From positions 32,001 through 96,000 of IMG/VR virus record IMGVR_UViG_3300042197_002946: a stretch of 64,000 nucleotides of DNA; one strand, given 5' to 3'. Shown one piece after another: positions 41,440-52,323 of the stretch. Position 1 is the first letter of the stretch; each line of letters opens with the position of its first letter. A program made the translations under genes and the position numbers. The stretch comes from a virus. Under the pieces are notes generated by a model that did not search any database, was not told the origin of the DNA, and saw only the letters and a list, made by a program, of their open reading frames with translations.

Positions 41440-43329
41440 ATGTCTATACTAAATAATGTAGATTATTATTTAAACTATAATAAAATTGACGAATACCAAA
41501 ACATACTCAAAGATGCTGAAACACCACTATATGAATATACAGCCAATGATGTTTTACCAATTTCTTTATATCCCACATATTTAAATTCATCAAATAAATC
41601 GATTTTAGACAGCTCTTTGATCGATAATATTCGAAATAATTATAGTGAACAGTTTTTGGATATTGTTTTTCCAGAAATTACAGATATTGATGGTTCTATA
41701 GTTATAGGATTTAATTTTCTGATGCATTATACGGACTTTGGTGGGTTAGCTTCTCAAGATACGGGCGATCTTTCGTCATCTTTACAGTCCTTATGTGCAG
41801 ACAATAGTTATGTTTTTGGATGTTTTCCTTTTATGCCCAATATGAAACTACAATATCAATCATCGGATAATGGAGAATTTTTTGATTTACCGGGAGGAGA
41901 ATTGGTTACACCAGCCACTGTGGCCAGAGGAATCAATTCAGTCATAGGACTAAATAGAGAAAATTATTCTCAGTATATTAATGATGTAGTTGGAGAAGAT
42001 ATTTCACTCATGTTATTGAATAATCAAGAACTGCAAATTCCCAGCCTACCAGTATCAAATATGATTTTGGGTAAAAAAAAGAATATTATAGTATACCCGG
42101 ACCCCTTGTCAATTTATACTCAATCCTATAATAATACAACATCCAAAGTAGTAGTATACGATCCTAATACGGCTCTGTCTCTCAAGAGAATATCTAATAC
42201 TAATTTAAAGAGTATCAATAATATCATTATTAATATTTCAGAATATTTACGTGTAAAAACTCTAAGATTAAAAATTTCTGGTTATTATGGTTTTCAATGC
42301 AATATTGGTAGTTTTTATGTTCAAAATATAGCCTATGATCCTATAGTATACCAAACTTCCACTGGATATATTCAAACCAGAATACAAAAATTACAGGATA
42401 TTAATATTTTTACCAAACAAGAAGATTCTACGATGCTAGGCTTGTCGGACAGCAAGGTCGCAGTAGCTGCTGAATTATCATGGGTAGGTCCGGATGTTGC
42501 CAGTGACAATGATCGTTTAGCTTATGTTGTTGAGCCTGTAGTATCTAAGGGAATAGATTATAGCGAAATAGTTATACGAGGTTCTAATAATGAGAATCCT
42601 CTTACCGATACTGTTGACATAGACGGTGTGGCTACATCGCTACTATATATAGCAGATGAAAATGCTATTACCGACGATCCTTCTGTGAGAATACTTTATA
42701 TTCATAATATTATCGTAGATAAGTCTTACTTTATTGCTAATAACCTACCCACTCTGAGTTTTAATATAAAAGTATATAGCTTAAATTCTTTAAGGCCCGA
42801 ATATATAAAAACTATTAATTTTTCTATAGATAATTATGATGAGGCGGTGTCAGTTTATACCGTACCAGATGCTGTACATATTTCTGAGACATATAGCGAT
42901 GCTGAAAAAGAGCAAATTAAAACTTTATTAAATGGTTATATTAATCCTTTAACAAATTCTGAATTTAAAGCTGAGGACTTTGACTCTGAAAATTTATCTA
43001 GATTGCCTATTTGGATAACTAGTCAAATTTATGAATTTCCATCTTTGGATCCTGTGGCGCGAGATATTACCCTAGATTTGCCTAAAAATACCAATGAAGG
43101 ACAAACAATATCTTTAATACCCACGACCAATTTATGTTTGATAGGACTAGATAGTAGTCAATATTTTGACTCTGAAACATTAACTTTTTTACTAGAGAAT
43201 AGTGACGATAGTGTAAATACATTACAGGATAATACTGTTTATTGGTTTGTATTAAGGGCTGCGGAATCATCGGACTATCTGACCACATTATTTCTGCATA
43301 AAATTATAGTACAACAAAATAACGACTAG
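41440..43329 (+). CDS. Hypothetical acidic structural protein
   Basis: Long ORF; ATG 41440 just after the previous stop is the more likely start; no recognised motifs. Confidence 0.6.
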   Translation: MSILNNVDYYLNYNKIDEYQNILKDAETPLYEYTANDVLPISLYPTYLNSSNKSILDSSLIDNIRNNYSEQFLDIVFPEITDIDGSIVIGFNFLMHYTDFGGLASQDTGDLSSSLQSLCADNSYVFGCFPFMPNMKLQYQSSDNGEFFDLPGGELVTPATVARGINSVIGLNRENYSQYINDVVGEDISLMLLNNQELQIPSLPVSNMILGKKKNIIVYPDPLSIYTQSYNNTTSKVVVYDPNTALSLKRISNTNLKSINNIIINISEYLRVKTLRLKISGYYGFQCNIGSFYVQNIAYDPIVYQTSTGYIQTRIQKLQDINIFTKQEDSTMLGLSDSKVAVAAELSWVGPDVASDNDRLAYVVEPVVSKGIDYSEIVIRGSNNENPLTDTVDIDGVATSLLYIADENAITDDPSVRILYIHNIIVDKSYFIANNLPTLSFNIKVYSLNSLRPEYIKTINFSIDNYDEAVSVYTVPDAVHISETYSDAEKEQIKTLLNGYINPLTNSEFKAEDFDSENLSRLPIWITSQIYEFPSLDPVARDITLDLPKNTNEGQTISLIPTTNLCLIGLDSSQYFDSETLTFLLENSDDSVNTLQDNTVYWFVLRAAESSDYLTTLFLHKIIVQQNND

Positions 43330-43337
43330 GTTTATTT

Positions 43338-46300
43338 ATGTCATTAAGATTAATATTATCATTAACAGCTACTGAAATCAATGATCCTAATATTCCATTA
43401 GAAAAAAGGATTAATGGCGTTCTGTTGGACAAGATAACCAGGCCTAAGACTGGGTCCTTGACCTGGCGATTTGCTAGAGATAGAAGTAGTGATATTGCAA
43501 TCAGTCAAGGACAGAAAGATAGAATATGGTATGTTCCACGCCCACAATTCGATAAGGATTATAAAAATTTATTACTTTATGACGAGAGTTACCCAGGATC
43601 ACTGGATACAGACTTTAGAGATTTGATAAAGTTAGATTATTTTTATACTATTCGTTCAAATCCGATAATATATAGAAGTATCGATTTATCGACAGCTTCC
43701 ACGCAATATGGTAAAGATTTTGCTATTATCGTTACTACTTCGAAAGAACTTACGTACAGCCCGTTTTCAGGAGGACTGCTCACTAATTTACTTTATGCGC
43801 AGAGAGACCCTCCTGATTCTTACAATATTCTATCATATAAGCGTTTCAAATCCGAACAATTTACATCAGCTAACTTGTATCGTGGTTTGACAAATAGCTG
43901 GTACAATCCTAGCTTGCAGTCAAGCGGTGACTATTCTATGTTTGGTTTTGATGATCCAAGCCGAGTTACTCCTTTTGATCTAAAGGCTTGTTATAGCGCA
44001 CAGACCACCACCAGAAGAAGATTGTCTTTACACGCTCAGCATGTAGGAGTAGTGGATTCTCCTATTGCTAATGAACTCATATCCTATGATAGTTATCGTG
44101 GTCGGTCATATGTCAGAATAGATATTATACCTAGTATTTTCCCGTTTTTTGCATCTTTGAACTCTCTGGCAAAAGCCTATTTGAGAACGTGGCTCAATAA
44201 AATTATGGCAACTCATACATCCACTGTGGCTCAGAAGATCACCCCCGATACAAAATTAGTATTAGTCATTAAAAGACATTCATATCTCGATAGTTCTTTT
44301 TATGTTCCAAATACCAGCGATTTGCCCCTCCCCACAACACCACTACGCATACAGGAACTGAGTAAACCTAGCGACATTGCCGTGTATGGAAGCCGGCCAA
44401 TAATAAACTATTATGGTTACGAATTATATAACTCTCCATTCAATATTACTGAGAATCAAAAACAAATGTCTTTAATAGATTCTCGGACTAATAATTGTAT
44501 TGACCTTTCTATATTTGCCTTTGAAGATAGTGGTCCGTACACAGTACCTAGTATACCGATCTCTTCGTCTGTTCCTGTTACTAGAGTGGCCAACGCAACC
44601 CCTACCCCAACTCCCACGACCACAACTACCCCAACACGTACTCCTAATCCTACAAATACTAGAACAGCAACTCCTACTCCCACTAGTACCTTGCCTCCTA
44701 GCCCCACGCCTACCCGAACTCCAACTCAAACTCGAACACCAACAGCCACAGCAACGCCCACTGTCACGCCCACCAGAACTAGAATTCCTCCGTCTCCAAC
44801 TCCTTCTCCGTCGCCCAGCGCTATTCCTAGTCAACTTCCTGTTTTTAGTGTGCCTGGGCTAGCATCTAATAGTAGTGAGACACAGACTCTGTTTCAGACC
44901 AGAAGAACCTCGTCTACAAGTTACTATTTTGGTAATAGTTTGTATAACTATTTATATTCTGACAATTGGGCTTTTCCTATTACTGATTCAAAGATATCTA
45001 ATACGTCATTTATTGATCCATCATTGCCCACCACCAAGAAAAGATACAGTATGTCTTTTACTGTAACGGTTATGCCTAATAATGAACGATTTGATAGATC
45101 TTTAACTATGCTAGGAGGGTCCGGGCCGAGTGCAAGATTCTATAAAGAGTCAGTTGTGCGTGCGCGTAATGATAGTGTCAACGATGTTTTTGAAACAACA
45201 GAAACTGGTGGAGTATCAGCAAAATTTCATTTGTATGGAGGATGGATAGGGATTTATAGAACCATAACCGGATATCCTGGCAGGTTTGCATCTTTTCCCA
45301 ATCCCAATATAACCAGCTCTCCTGAGGCAATAGTAAGACAAGGATTTAATAATGTAGACTATAGATCACGAGCAGATTGGTATGCTATAGCAATAGCATT
45401 AGGAGCGAAAATTGGCGAAGTAGTATCTCTAGATATTGAATACGTACCATTCGATGTAGCAGCTTTTTATAGATCAGCAGCAGGAACAGTATTAAAAGAT
45501 CCAGTTTATCCACATGTACAATTTAACAAATATATACTAAAAGTTACCATGTACAAGGGAGGAGTAATTCCGCCATCAGGCTCAACTGCTCGTCCACAGA
45601 ATACTTTGGAATATTACAACAATAATAGAATATATATTCCTACAGTAATCGATGAGTTTGGCAATAATACGTATTTGCCCAATATTAAGCTAGAAGCTCC
45701 TAGCACTGTTGTGCCGGAAGACCCGTTATTTAGTGCAGAAAAAAATCAAGCGGTTATTCACTACAAACCATCTACAGATTACTCGATATCATACAAGAAT
45801 GTTTCTCCATCATCAGCCTTATATGGCGACCGCAATACTATCATTGTATTTAACAAATCTGGTAATATTAGCGTAAGGTATTCTATAGGCTCTAATACTA
45901 CAACAATATATTCTCAAACATTTAATGTTGCTCAGTATAAGCCTTATGTATCCAATAAGGATGCTAGGCTGTATTTTGCTTCATCTCCCACCATAGATAT
46001 GATGGGCTCCGACAGTTTGCAGAACACCAGTCCCGAGTTCGCCAAGTGGGCCAGAATATTGGATGAAGAGTATAGGTTAATCGGAGGTAGGGATCAAATG
46101 CAAATTGTAGCTGGAGGCAGTTTATCCGGTTTGATATTGGAATATGGGCGTTTTATTAACTTAAATCAGAGATTACCAGATACTTATGTTAGCACCATAG
46201 AAGAATTATTAACCAAATGGAGACCCCCAGATAACAGTACTCTGAATATTGCTCTGTACGCTGATAGTCGAAGTAAGGTGTTGATGCCTGGCCAAGGAAT

Positions 46301-48524
46301 GGCCTCTAATACTGGTAAGAATACTGTGATTAGTGGTAAATTGAACAATAAGGATATTAGTACCAATAATACTATTCCCATAACCTTTACAATTAGAAAA
46401 CTTAAGTCTGTCGGCAAAAAAAGAGTTACTCTAGTCTCTACAGCGTTGAAACTATTAAGTAGCGACGGCGTCCAAGACAAATACTCACTATCTTATGTTT
46501 ATACTCCCGACTATCAACTTAAATTTGTTATAGACGCATTAGACATGAATAGCAAGCCCGTACCCGCCCAAATCAAACTATTGCCCAATAATCGATATAA
46601 AGTTCTAGAAACCAAACAAGTATCTTCTTCTTCAGTAGAATATACTATAGCTATAGACCCCCAAAAATATACACTTCCTCCACAATCATCGGTTATTCCA
46701 GTTTCTCAGTCTTCTAAAAATAGCACCTCTATTCCTCTTATTCCATTAGCCAAAGGCTCTTTAATTATAAGCTATGAAATAGACTATGACAACTCTGTGA
46801 GTACTTTAGATACTATTCGTCCACAGATAGTTATAGACTGGACAGCGACTCCTAAACCCACTAAATTAACAATTCAGCCAATATCTAATATTGTTGCTAA
46901 ACGCAGTAATCAAGACAATATTTTTATTCCTGTAATGTTTGATAGTAATATAACTGGAACCGTTATATCTGTAAGTCCTAATAATAGTAATATAAGTATA
47001 CAAAATAATAATACCATTACTATTGATAAAAAATATTTTCAAACCCTAACAAAACCCACAACACTAACTGTTGATGTCTCCGTTCCAGCAACACAATTTG
47101 AACAAGCTGCTAAAGCATCAACAAAATTTACAATATCGCCACCATCTCCCAGAGCATTAACATCATCCAAAACTACTGATAAGTCTAGAATGTTTTATAT
47201 AACATCTGGTAAAGAGCACTTTTTTGGTATTGATGGTAATGGTAAATTATATGGTTGGGGCAAGAAAAATCATCCCAATTTATGGACAACTGACGCAAGA
47301 AATACTTTTGGTCCTATCAGAAGATCCAGTGATCCTGTCGCCAATCTTGTGCCTTACCACAATAAAGTTGAAATTAAACATCCGTTAGGCTCTCAGTGGA
47401 TCAAGGTAGAAACATATGGGTTTAATGTATTTGCTATAGATATTGATAATAGATTATATGCTTGGGGTGCTAATGTAAATGGGGCTTTGGGTATTGGTAG
47501 CGTCAACGCAACCTCTGTACCAACTTTAGTGGCAGGTAATTTATTATGGAAAGATATAGCTTGTGGATATGACCATGCTGTAGGAATTACAACTAGCGGA
47601 GATTTATATGGTTGGGGAGATGGTACTTATGGTGCCAATGGTTTGTTTAATAATAATGTTCCGTATTCTTCCAATGTTCCCGTGTTAATCTCTAGTGCTT
47701 CCGACGGTATTGTTCAGTCTGGCGCTTTTGGTATTCAGCCAGCCAAAGCTAATCAATCAAATATTTTAAACAATCAAACATTTAATGTTATTGCTTCAGA
47801 CTTGACTACCAGAGTAGCATCAGTCACCATCCCATCCCAGGGGCCATGGTCATTTGTTACTTGTAGCGGTCGTGCTACATGGGCTGTTCGATCTATTAAA
47901 GCCAATAATGAGTCATCTAATGTAGAAGATATTGTTTTACAAGCAGACAAAGATGGGGTGGTTTATTCTTTTGGTGACTTATCATACAAGGGCGCAGGGA
48001 ATCAGATTAGAGGTCTAAGTAGATATACTTTCCCTGTTAGGGTAGGAGTATGGAAACCCCATATACTCATTTATCAAGTATTGCCTAGATTATCTACTCC
48101 CAAATTAGACTATCTAACTGCTAATAATATTAGTTCTAGCGGATCTCATGTACTAGCCCTTAAGAGTGACGGTTCCTTATGGTCTTGGGGTCTCAATAGC
48201 TTCAACCAATGCTTGCACAGCACATACTGCGCAAGATGTAATGCCTTGGATAAAATTGATATTCCAGACCCCACTCTGGCATTGGACTTGGCACAAACTA
48301 AATTTAGAAATAATGATGCTCAATTTATCGCTGCTCCTAACAAAACTTTATTAATTGCTAATAATCGTAATCTTATTATAGCAGGAGATAATACTCAAGG
48401 ACAATTGGATATTGTAAGCGATTTACCTCCTGCCATAACTCCATTCCGTAATGTGGGCGGTAAATATGCTGTTGTTACTTTGAACGAAACCTCAGGCTTT
48501 GCAGAAATAGATACCGCGCCCTAA
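43338..48524 (+). CDS. Large appendage protein with Pro/Thr tract and C-terminal RCC1/BLIP-II-like repeats
   Basis: PT tract 44590-44825; LYAWGANVNGALG, IACGYDHAVGITTSGDLYGWG, HVLALKSDGSLWSWG at 47190-48500. Confidence 0.75.
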   Translation: MSLRLILSLTATEINDPNIPLEKRINGVLLDKITRPKTGSLTWRFARDRSSDIAISQGQKDRIWYVPRPQFDKDYKNLLLYDESYPGSLDTDFRDLIKLDYFYTIRSNPIIYRSIDLSTASTQYGKDFAIIVTTSKELTYSPFSGGLLTNLLYAQRDPPDSYNILSYKRFKSEQFTSANLYRGLTNSWYNPSLQSSGDYSMFGFDDPSRVTPFDLKACYSAQTTTRRRLSLHAQHVGVVDSPIANELISYDSYRGRSYVRIDIIPSIFPFFASLNSLAKAYLRTWLNKIMATHTSTVAQKITPDTKLVLVIKRHSYLDSSFYVPNTSDLPLPTTPLRIQELSKPSDIAVYGSRPIINYYGYELYNSPFNITENQKQMSLIDSRTNNCIDLSIFAFEDSGPYTVPSIPISSSVPVTRVANATPTPTPTTTTTPTRTPNPTNTRTATPTPTSTLPPSPTPTRTPTQTRTPTATATPTVTPTRTRIPPSPTPSPSPSAIPSQLPVFSVPGLASNSSETQTLFQTRRTSSTSYYFGNSLYNYLYSDNWAFPITDSKISNTSFIDPSLPTTKKRYSMSFTVTVMPNNERFDRSLTMLGGSGPSARFYKESVVRARNDSVNDVFETTETGGVSAKFHLYGGWIGIYRTITGYPGRFASFPNPNITSSPEAIVRQGFNNVDYRSRADWYAIAIALGAKIGEVVSLDIEYVPFDVAAFYRSAAGTVLKDPVYPHVQFNKYILKVTMYKGGVIPPSGSTARPQNTLEYYNNNRIYIPTVIDEFGNNTYLPNIKLEAPSTVVPEDPLFSAEKNQAVIHYKPSTDYSISYKNVSPSSALYGDRNTIIVFNKSGNISVRYSIGSNTTTIYSQTFNVAQYKPYVSNKDARLYFASSPTIDMMGSDSLQNTSPEFAKWARILDEEYRLIGGRDQMQIVAGGSLSGLILEYGRFINLNQRLPDTYVSTIEELLTKWRPPDNSTLNIALYADSRSKVLMPGQGMASNTGKNTVISGKLNNKDISTNNTIPITFTIRKLKSVGKKRVTLVSTALKLLSSDGVQDKYSLSYVYTPDYQLKFVIDALDMNSKPVPAQIKLLPNNRYKVLETKQVSSSSVEYTIAIDPQKYTLPPQSSVIPVSQSSKNSTSIPLIPLAKGSLIISYEIDYDNSVSTLDTIRPQIVIDWTATPKPTKLTIQPISNIVAKRSNQDNIFIPVMFDSNITGTVISVSPNNSNISIQNNNTITIDKKYFQTLTKPTTLTVDVSVPATQFEQAAKASTKFTISPPSPRALTSSKTTDKSRMFYITSGKEHFFGIDGNGKLYGWGKKNHPNLWTTDARNTFGPIRRSSDPVANLVPYHNKVEIKHPLGSQWIKVETYGFNVFAIDIDNRLYAWGANVNGALGIGSVNATSVPTLVAGNLLWKDIACGYDHAVGITTSGDLYGWGDGTYGANGLFNNNVPYSSNVPVLISSASDGIVQSGAFGIQPAKANQSNILNNQTFNVIASDLTTRVASVTIPSQGPWSFVTCSGRATWAVRSIKANNESSNVEDIVLQADKDGVVYSFGDLSYKGAGNQIRGLSRYTFPVRVGVWKPHILIYQVLPRLSTPKLDYLTANNISSSGSHVLALKSDGSLWSWGLNSFNQCLHSTYCARCNALDKIDIPDPTLALDLAQTKFRNNDAQFIAAPNKTLLIANNRNLIIAGDNTQGQLDIVSDLPPAITPFRNVGGKYAVVTLNETSGFAEIDTAP

Positions 48525-48567
48525 TATTATGTAGGGTGTATATGTATATATTCCTTCACAAATTTAT

Positions 48568-49749
48568 ATGGACCACTTTATGTCATTAGAAGAAATTATC
48601 TCAACAAGTGTACAAATTGTAGAATATAGTGGTGAGGATAGACCACTTAAATTTGCTTATATTCTGGATTCGTCGTCCACACCTTATGGATTAGACCAGT
48701 TTATTATTAAAGGTTTAGGAATATCATTATCTAACAATAATATTAAAATTAAAAGTGGTACGAAAACATATTCTAAAGCCCCCGACGTTGTTATTTCGGG
48801 TGGAGGAGGCATGGGGGCAACAGCAGGTGTCATACTAAATACCGATCAAACTATAAAGGCTATAGAAATTACCAAGGGAGGCGCAGGATACACTTCTGCA
48901 CCATCAATTAGCTTGTCCGGAGGCACTGTAGACAAGGATGGTACAGATACTACTATTGAGGTGTTGGTCGAAAAGCCCGATACTCAATTAGATCCCCCAA
49001 AAGTTTTAGACAGCAATTTATATGTCTGGATTCATGGAAAAGGAGCATATTTAACACAAGAAACTAATTGGATCTTTTTAGAAGATTTAACTAATTTATA
49101 TACTAAAATTGATAAAATTTATACTACTACAGATAATGGGGCTTATTTGACTAATAGTCACGATAAAATTAATGATAAGCTTAATCAAATTAGAAGCCTA
49201 GAGCGAGGAAATGGCTATATTGTGGTGGCTAAAACTGATCAAACATTACCTTTTGTGTGGTATAATAGTACTGTTGGTATACCATCTCAAAAAATAGAAA
49301 GAATAGTGTTTGATATTGAACAGTGTTATGATATTAATAAACAAAGCGTAGATTTTATAGACGCTAATGCCAAAGCTATTCGTCTAGATCAGAGGGTTGG
49401 GGTTTGTCGTAACGATTATTCAGCCACGGTCTCAGTAGTAATAAACCTAACTAATCTACGTAAAAACACTGATTATCATATTCATTTAGACTCATCTAAT
49501 AAGAATATTCTGTTTATTGATCAAGACTTTTATCTTAACAACAATCAATTATCTGATCATTCAGTTTATGCTAAGGTGAAATTTATTAACAATACAGTTA
49601 ATAGCATATTTAGTATAGATGCTTCTTTAAATATTGGAAATACTAATATTGATAGAGATGTACTTAGTATATATGTTGATTGTCCGCCTCCTCCAGCGCC
49701 CACGCCGACACCACGCCCTGCCCAACCCGTTGTTAGGATTGTGGAGTAA
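48568..49749 (+). CDS. Virion appendage protein with G.GY..AP.(V/I)..SGG repeats (paralog of 35871..37409)
   Basis: YSKAPDVVISGGGGMGATA and GGAGYTSAPSISLSGG; shared KIDKIY...LPFVWY block. Confidence 0.6.
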   Translation: MDHFMSLEEIISTSVQIVEYSGEDRPLKFAYILDSSSTPYGLDQFIIKGLGISLSNNNIKIKSGTKTYSKAPDVVISGGGGMGATAGVILNTDQTIKAIEITKGGAGYTSAPSISLSGGTVDKDGTDTTIEVLVEKPDTQLDPPKVLDSNLYVWIHGKGAYLTQETNWIFLEDLTNLYTKIDKIYTTTDNGAYLTNSHDKINDKLNQIRSLERGNGYIVVAKTDQTLPFVWYNSTVGIPSQKIERIVFDIEQCYDINKQSVDFIDANAKAIRLDQRVGVCRNDYSATVSVVINLTNLRKNTDYHIHLDSSNKNILFIDQDFYLNNNQLSDHSVYAKVKFINNTVNSIFSIDASLNIGNTNIDRDVLSIYVDCPPPPAPTPTPRPAQPVVRIVE

Positions 49750-49757
49750 ATTAGATT

Positions 49758-52292
49758 ATGAAATTAAATGCTACTTATACATTAACTACTGGTACGACTG
49801 TTGATCCGGCATACCTTACCCCGTCTTTTGCAACATTGTCTGATGATAGCGATGCTTTTACTAGCAGTACTAAGGTAAAAGCTTCTGCCACATCAGCAAC
49901 ATATAGCAGTCCAACAACAAGCCATGTGGCAACAGCAGACGCTGGTATTGTTATGGATTTGGGAGCGCTAAAGACTGTATCAACTTTACGAATAAAAGGG
50001 TCTGTTGGTATAGAGTATGGTTCGGGATCTTTAGCTACAAGCTCTGCTAATCCTATAGTGACATATATTAGTGGATCAAATACTAACTCTACATCAACAG
50101 TTAATACTAAAAATTTTGGAGCTAGTAATAAGTTTGTTTCTGGTCAGTCAGGTATTTTTACATCTGTGGGCGATTTAGAATATCTGTTTGTGGATGACAA
50201 CTATGATTGCTCATCAACTTTTCCTACTATTGTACCAAATAATGCTCCCAAGTTTTTTGATGCCAATCAAACTGCCAGATACAAAATTCAGTATAGTGTT
50301 ACTGGCAATGCTTATTTAGATTTTCAAGATAACATACTCACAGCACCAAATGGACAAGCACTAGACCTTACTGTCCAATTTCCATCCACTATAGGACAGA
50401 TAAGATATATCAAGCTAAGTTGTGTTGGATCATCGTCAAATCCTGTTAAACGTAAATTTGCTTATAAAAATTCATCAGCTATAAATGACGCATATACTGT
50501 ATTAGGACAAAGACCTAGCTCTAGTATAGATACCAATAGTACTTCTGTTCAGTACAATACCTCGACCAACGACTTCTATCCGTCTATTATCATCGATCTA
50601 GGATCTGCTCAAACTTTTGATGCTGTAGGAGTAAGGCTATACGGTATATCCGGTAATAGTGCTGTATTCATCGGAATCGGTCATTCTAACGATGGAACAA
50701 CTTTTTCAGATGCAACAACTAGTTTTGGTCAAAATATTAGCGGAGGGACTATATATCATATCAATAGCGTTACCGCACGATATATTCGTATTTCGGCAGT
50801 AGACTATTCGTCCTTTGGTGTTGGTCAATACCAATATTTTTACTACTATAGTTTATGGGTTGGTAAAAGAAAAACTTGTCCATTCATGACTTTTGGTTCA
50901 GCATCCAATATTAGTGTTACCGGCGGATCAATTATAGACAGCTTTTTGACTTTGTCGTCTTTTTATGCCGATGACGGGGTGGCCGCACCAACCATTACCT
51001 TGACTCAAGACCTACCATCAACAACCACAGTCTCTGGTGGCACAGCACAACTCAGTGTGTTGGGTACGGGGAGTGGAGGAGCAGCAGTAACTTATCAATG
51101 GCAAAAGAAAGAAGCTAATGGATCAGCATTTGTTAATATTCCTAATGCTACATCCAATACTTTAACTCTAAATAATCTAACGAATGCTGCTGATAATGGA
51201 GATCAGTATAGGGTCATATTATCTGCTACCGGAGCTGCTGATCAGACTACTAATATTACAACACTGAATGTTCCATTGCCATCAACAACATATGCATTAT
51301 CTTCTCTTATCAACGACACCCCATCAGTATTGTATAATGATACTATACAAGAAGGCCAAACGCTAAAAGTAAACATTACTGCTAGCAAGGCTCCAGAAAC
51401 TTTCAATACTAGTTCTGTAACAATATATTGGAGAAGATTAGGTTCTGGTCAAAGTGCTAGCGACGCTGATTTTAACAATGGTGTTCCTGGAGGATTAGTA
51501 ACACTAACAGGAACAGGAACAAATCCACAAACAGTTACAGGACAACTATTATTAGTAGTTAGTGCTGATTTATTAACTGAAGGCTCCGAAAATTTTCTAA
51601 TAGCATTTTATGACGACGCAGCTTATAGCAATGAGGTCTCTAGAACTTCAATATTTACTATATCTGATACTAGCGTAGGTAATACGTCAGTTCCTTCTCC
51701 CACACCAACTCCTCCACCGACAGCAACTCCAACACGACCCATACCGTCGTCTACAAGAGATTCTCAAGGTTGTTTTATTGTACCATTTAAAGGATTAATA
51801 ACCAAAACACCTACTGGAACATGCACCCCAACACCAACTACAACCATTACTACTACTCCTACTCGCACACCAACGAGAACAGCTTTTAGTACTCCAACAC
51901 CTACCAGAACTAGAACACCACTACCAACAGTTACTCCCACCAATCAGCCCACCAATACTCCGCGATTAAGCCAAACCCCTACCAATACTCCAACAAGTAC
52001 AGTAACTCCCACTAATACTCCAACAGGCACTTTTACTAGAACACCCACACCCACTAGTACTATCACAGCTAGTATCACCAAAACACCCACAAGCACTCCA
52101 CAACCATCACAAACTCCCACACGAACTCCTCTACCAACTCCAACAAGAATATGTCCGCAACAAGCTCCTCCTAGCTGTGGTGCTTGTTTCCAGGCGGTAG
52201 TAGTGGGCGAAACTGTGGGGCCTGACGGATGTTTAATATCTATTTATGAATGTTTGTATATTCCAAATTGCGGTCAAAATGTACAAGTATAG
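49758..52292 (+). CDS. Adhesin-like protein: discoidin/F5-8C-like, Ig, Calx-beta-like domains, Pro/Thr tract, Cys-rich tail
   Basis: IVMDLG..., [16 protein letters not shown]...ARYIRI; VTYQWQ...NGDQYRV; [11 protein letters not shown]; PT tract 51690-52145. Confidence 0.7.
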   Translation: MKLNATYTLTTGTTVDPAYLTPSFATLSDDSDAFTSSTKVKASATSATYSSPTTSHVATADAGIVMDLGALKTVSTLRIKGSVGIEYGSGSLATSSANPIVTYISGSNTNSTSTVNTKNFGASNKFVSGQSGIFTSVGDLEYLFVDDNYDCSSTFPTIVPNNAPKFFDANQTARYKIQYSVTGNAYLDFQDNILTAPNGQALDLTVQFPSTIGQIRYIKLSCVGSSSNPVKRKFAYKNSSAINDAYTVLGQRPSSSIDTNSTSVQYNTSTNDFYPSIIIDLGSAQTFDAVGVRLYGISGNSAVFIGIGHSNDGTTFSDATTSFGQNISGGTIYHINSVTARYIRISAVDYSSFGVGQYQYFYYYSLWVGKRKTCPFMTFGSASNISVTGGSIIDSFLTLSSFYADDGVAAPTITLTQDLPSTTTVSGGTAQLSVLGTGSGGAAVTYQWQKKEANGSAFVNIPNATSNTLTLNNLTNAADNGDQYRVILSATGAADQTTNITTLNVPLPSTTYALSSLINDTPSVLYNDTIQEGQTLKVNITASKAPETFNTSSVTIYWRRLGSGQSASDADFNNGVPGGLVTLTGTGTNPQTVTGQLLLVVSADLLTEGSENFLIAFYDDAAYSNEVSRTSIFTISDTSVGNTSVPSPTPTPPPTATPTRPIPSSTRDSQGCFIVPFKGLITKTPTGTCTPTPTTTITTTPTRTPTRTAFSTPTPTRTRTPLPTVTPTNQPTNTPRLSQTPTNTPTSTVTPTNTPTGTFTRTPTPTSTITASITKTPTSTPQPSQTPTRTPLPTPTRICPQQAPPSCGACFQAVVVGETVGPDGCLISIYECLYIPNCGQNVQV

Positions 52293-52323
52293 TTGGGGTA
52301 TACTTAGATAAAGGATCTCTATA

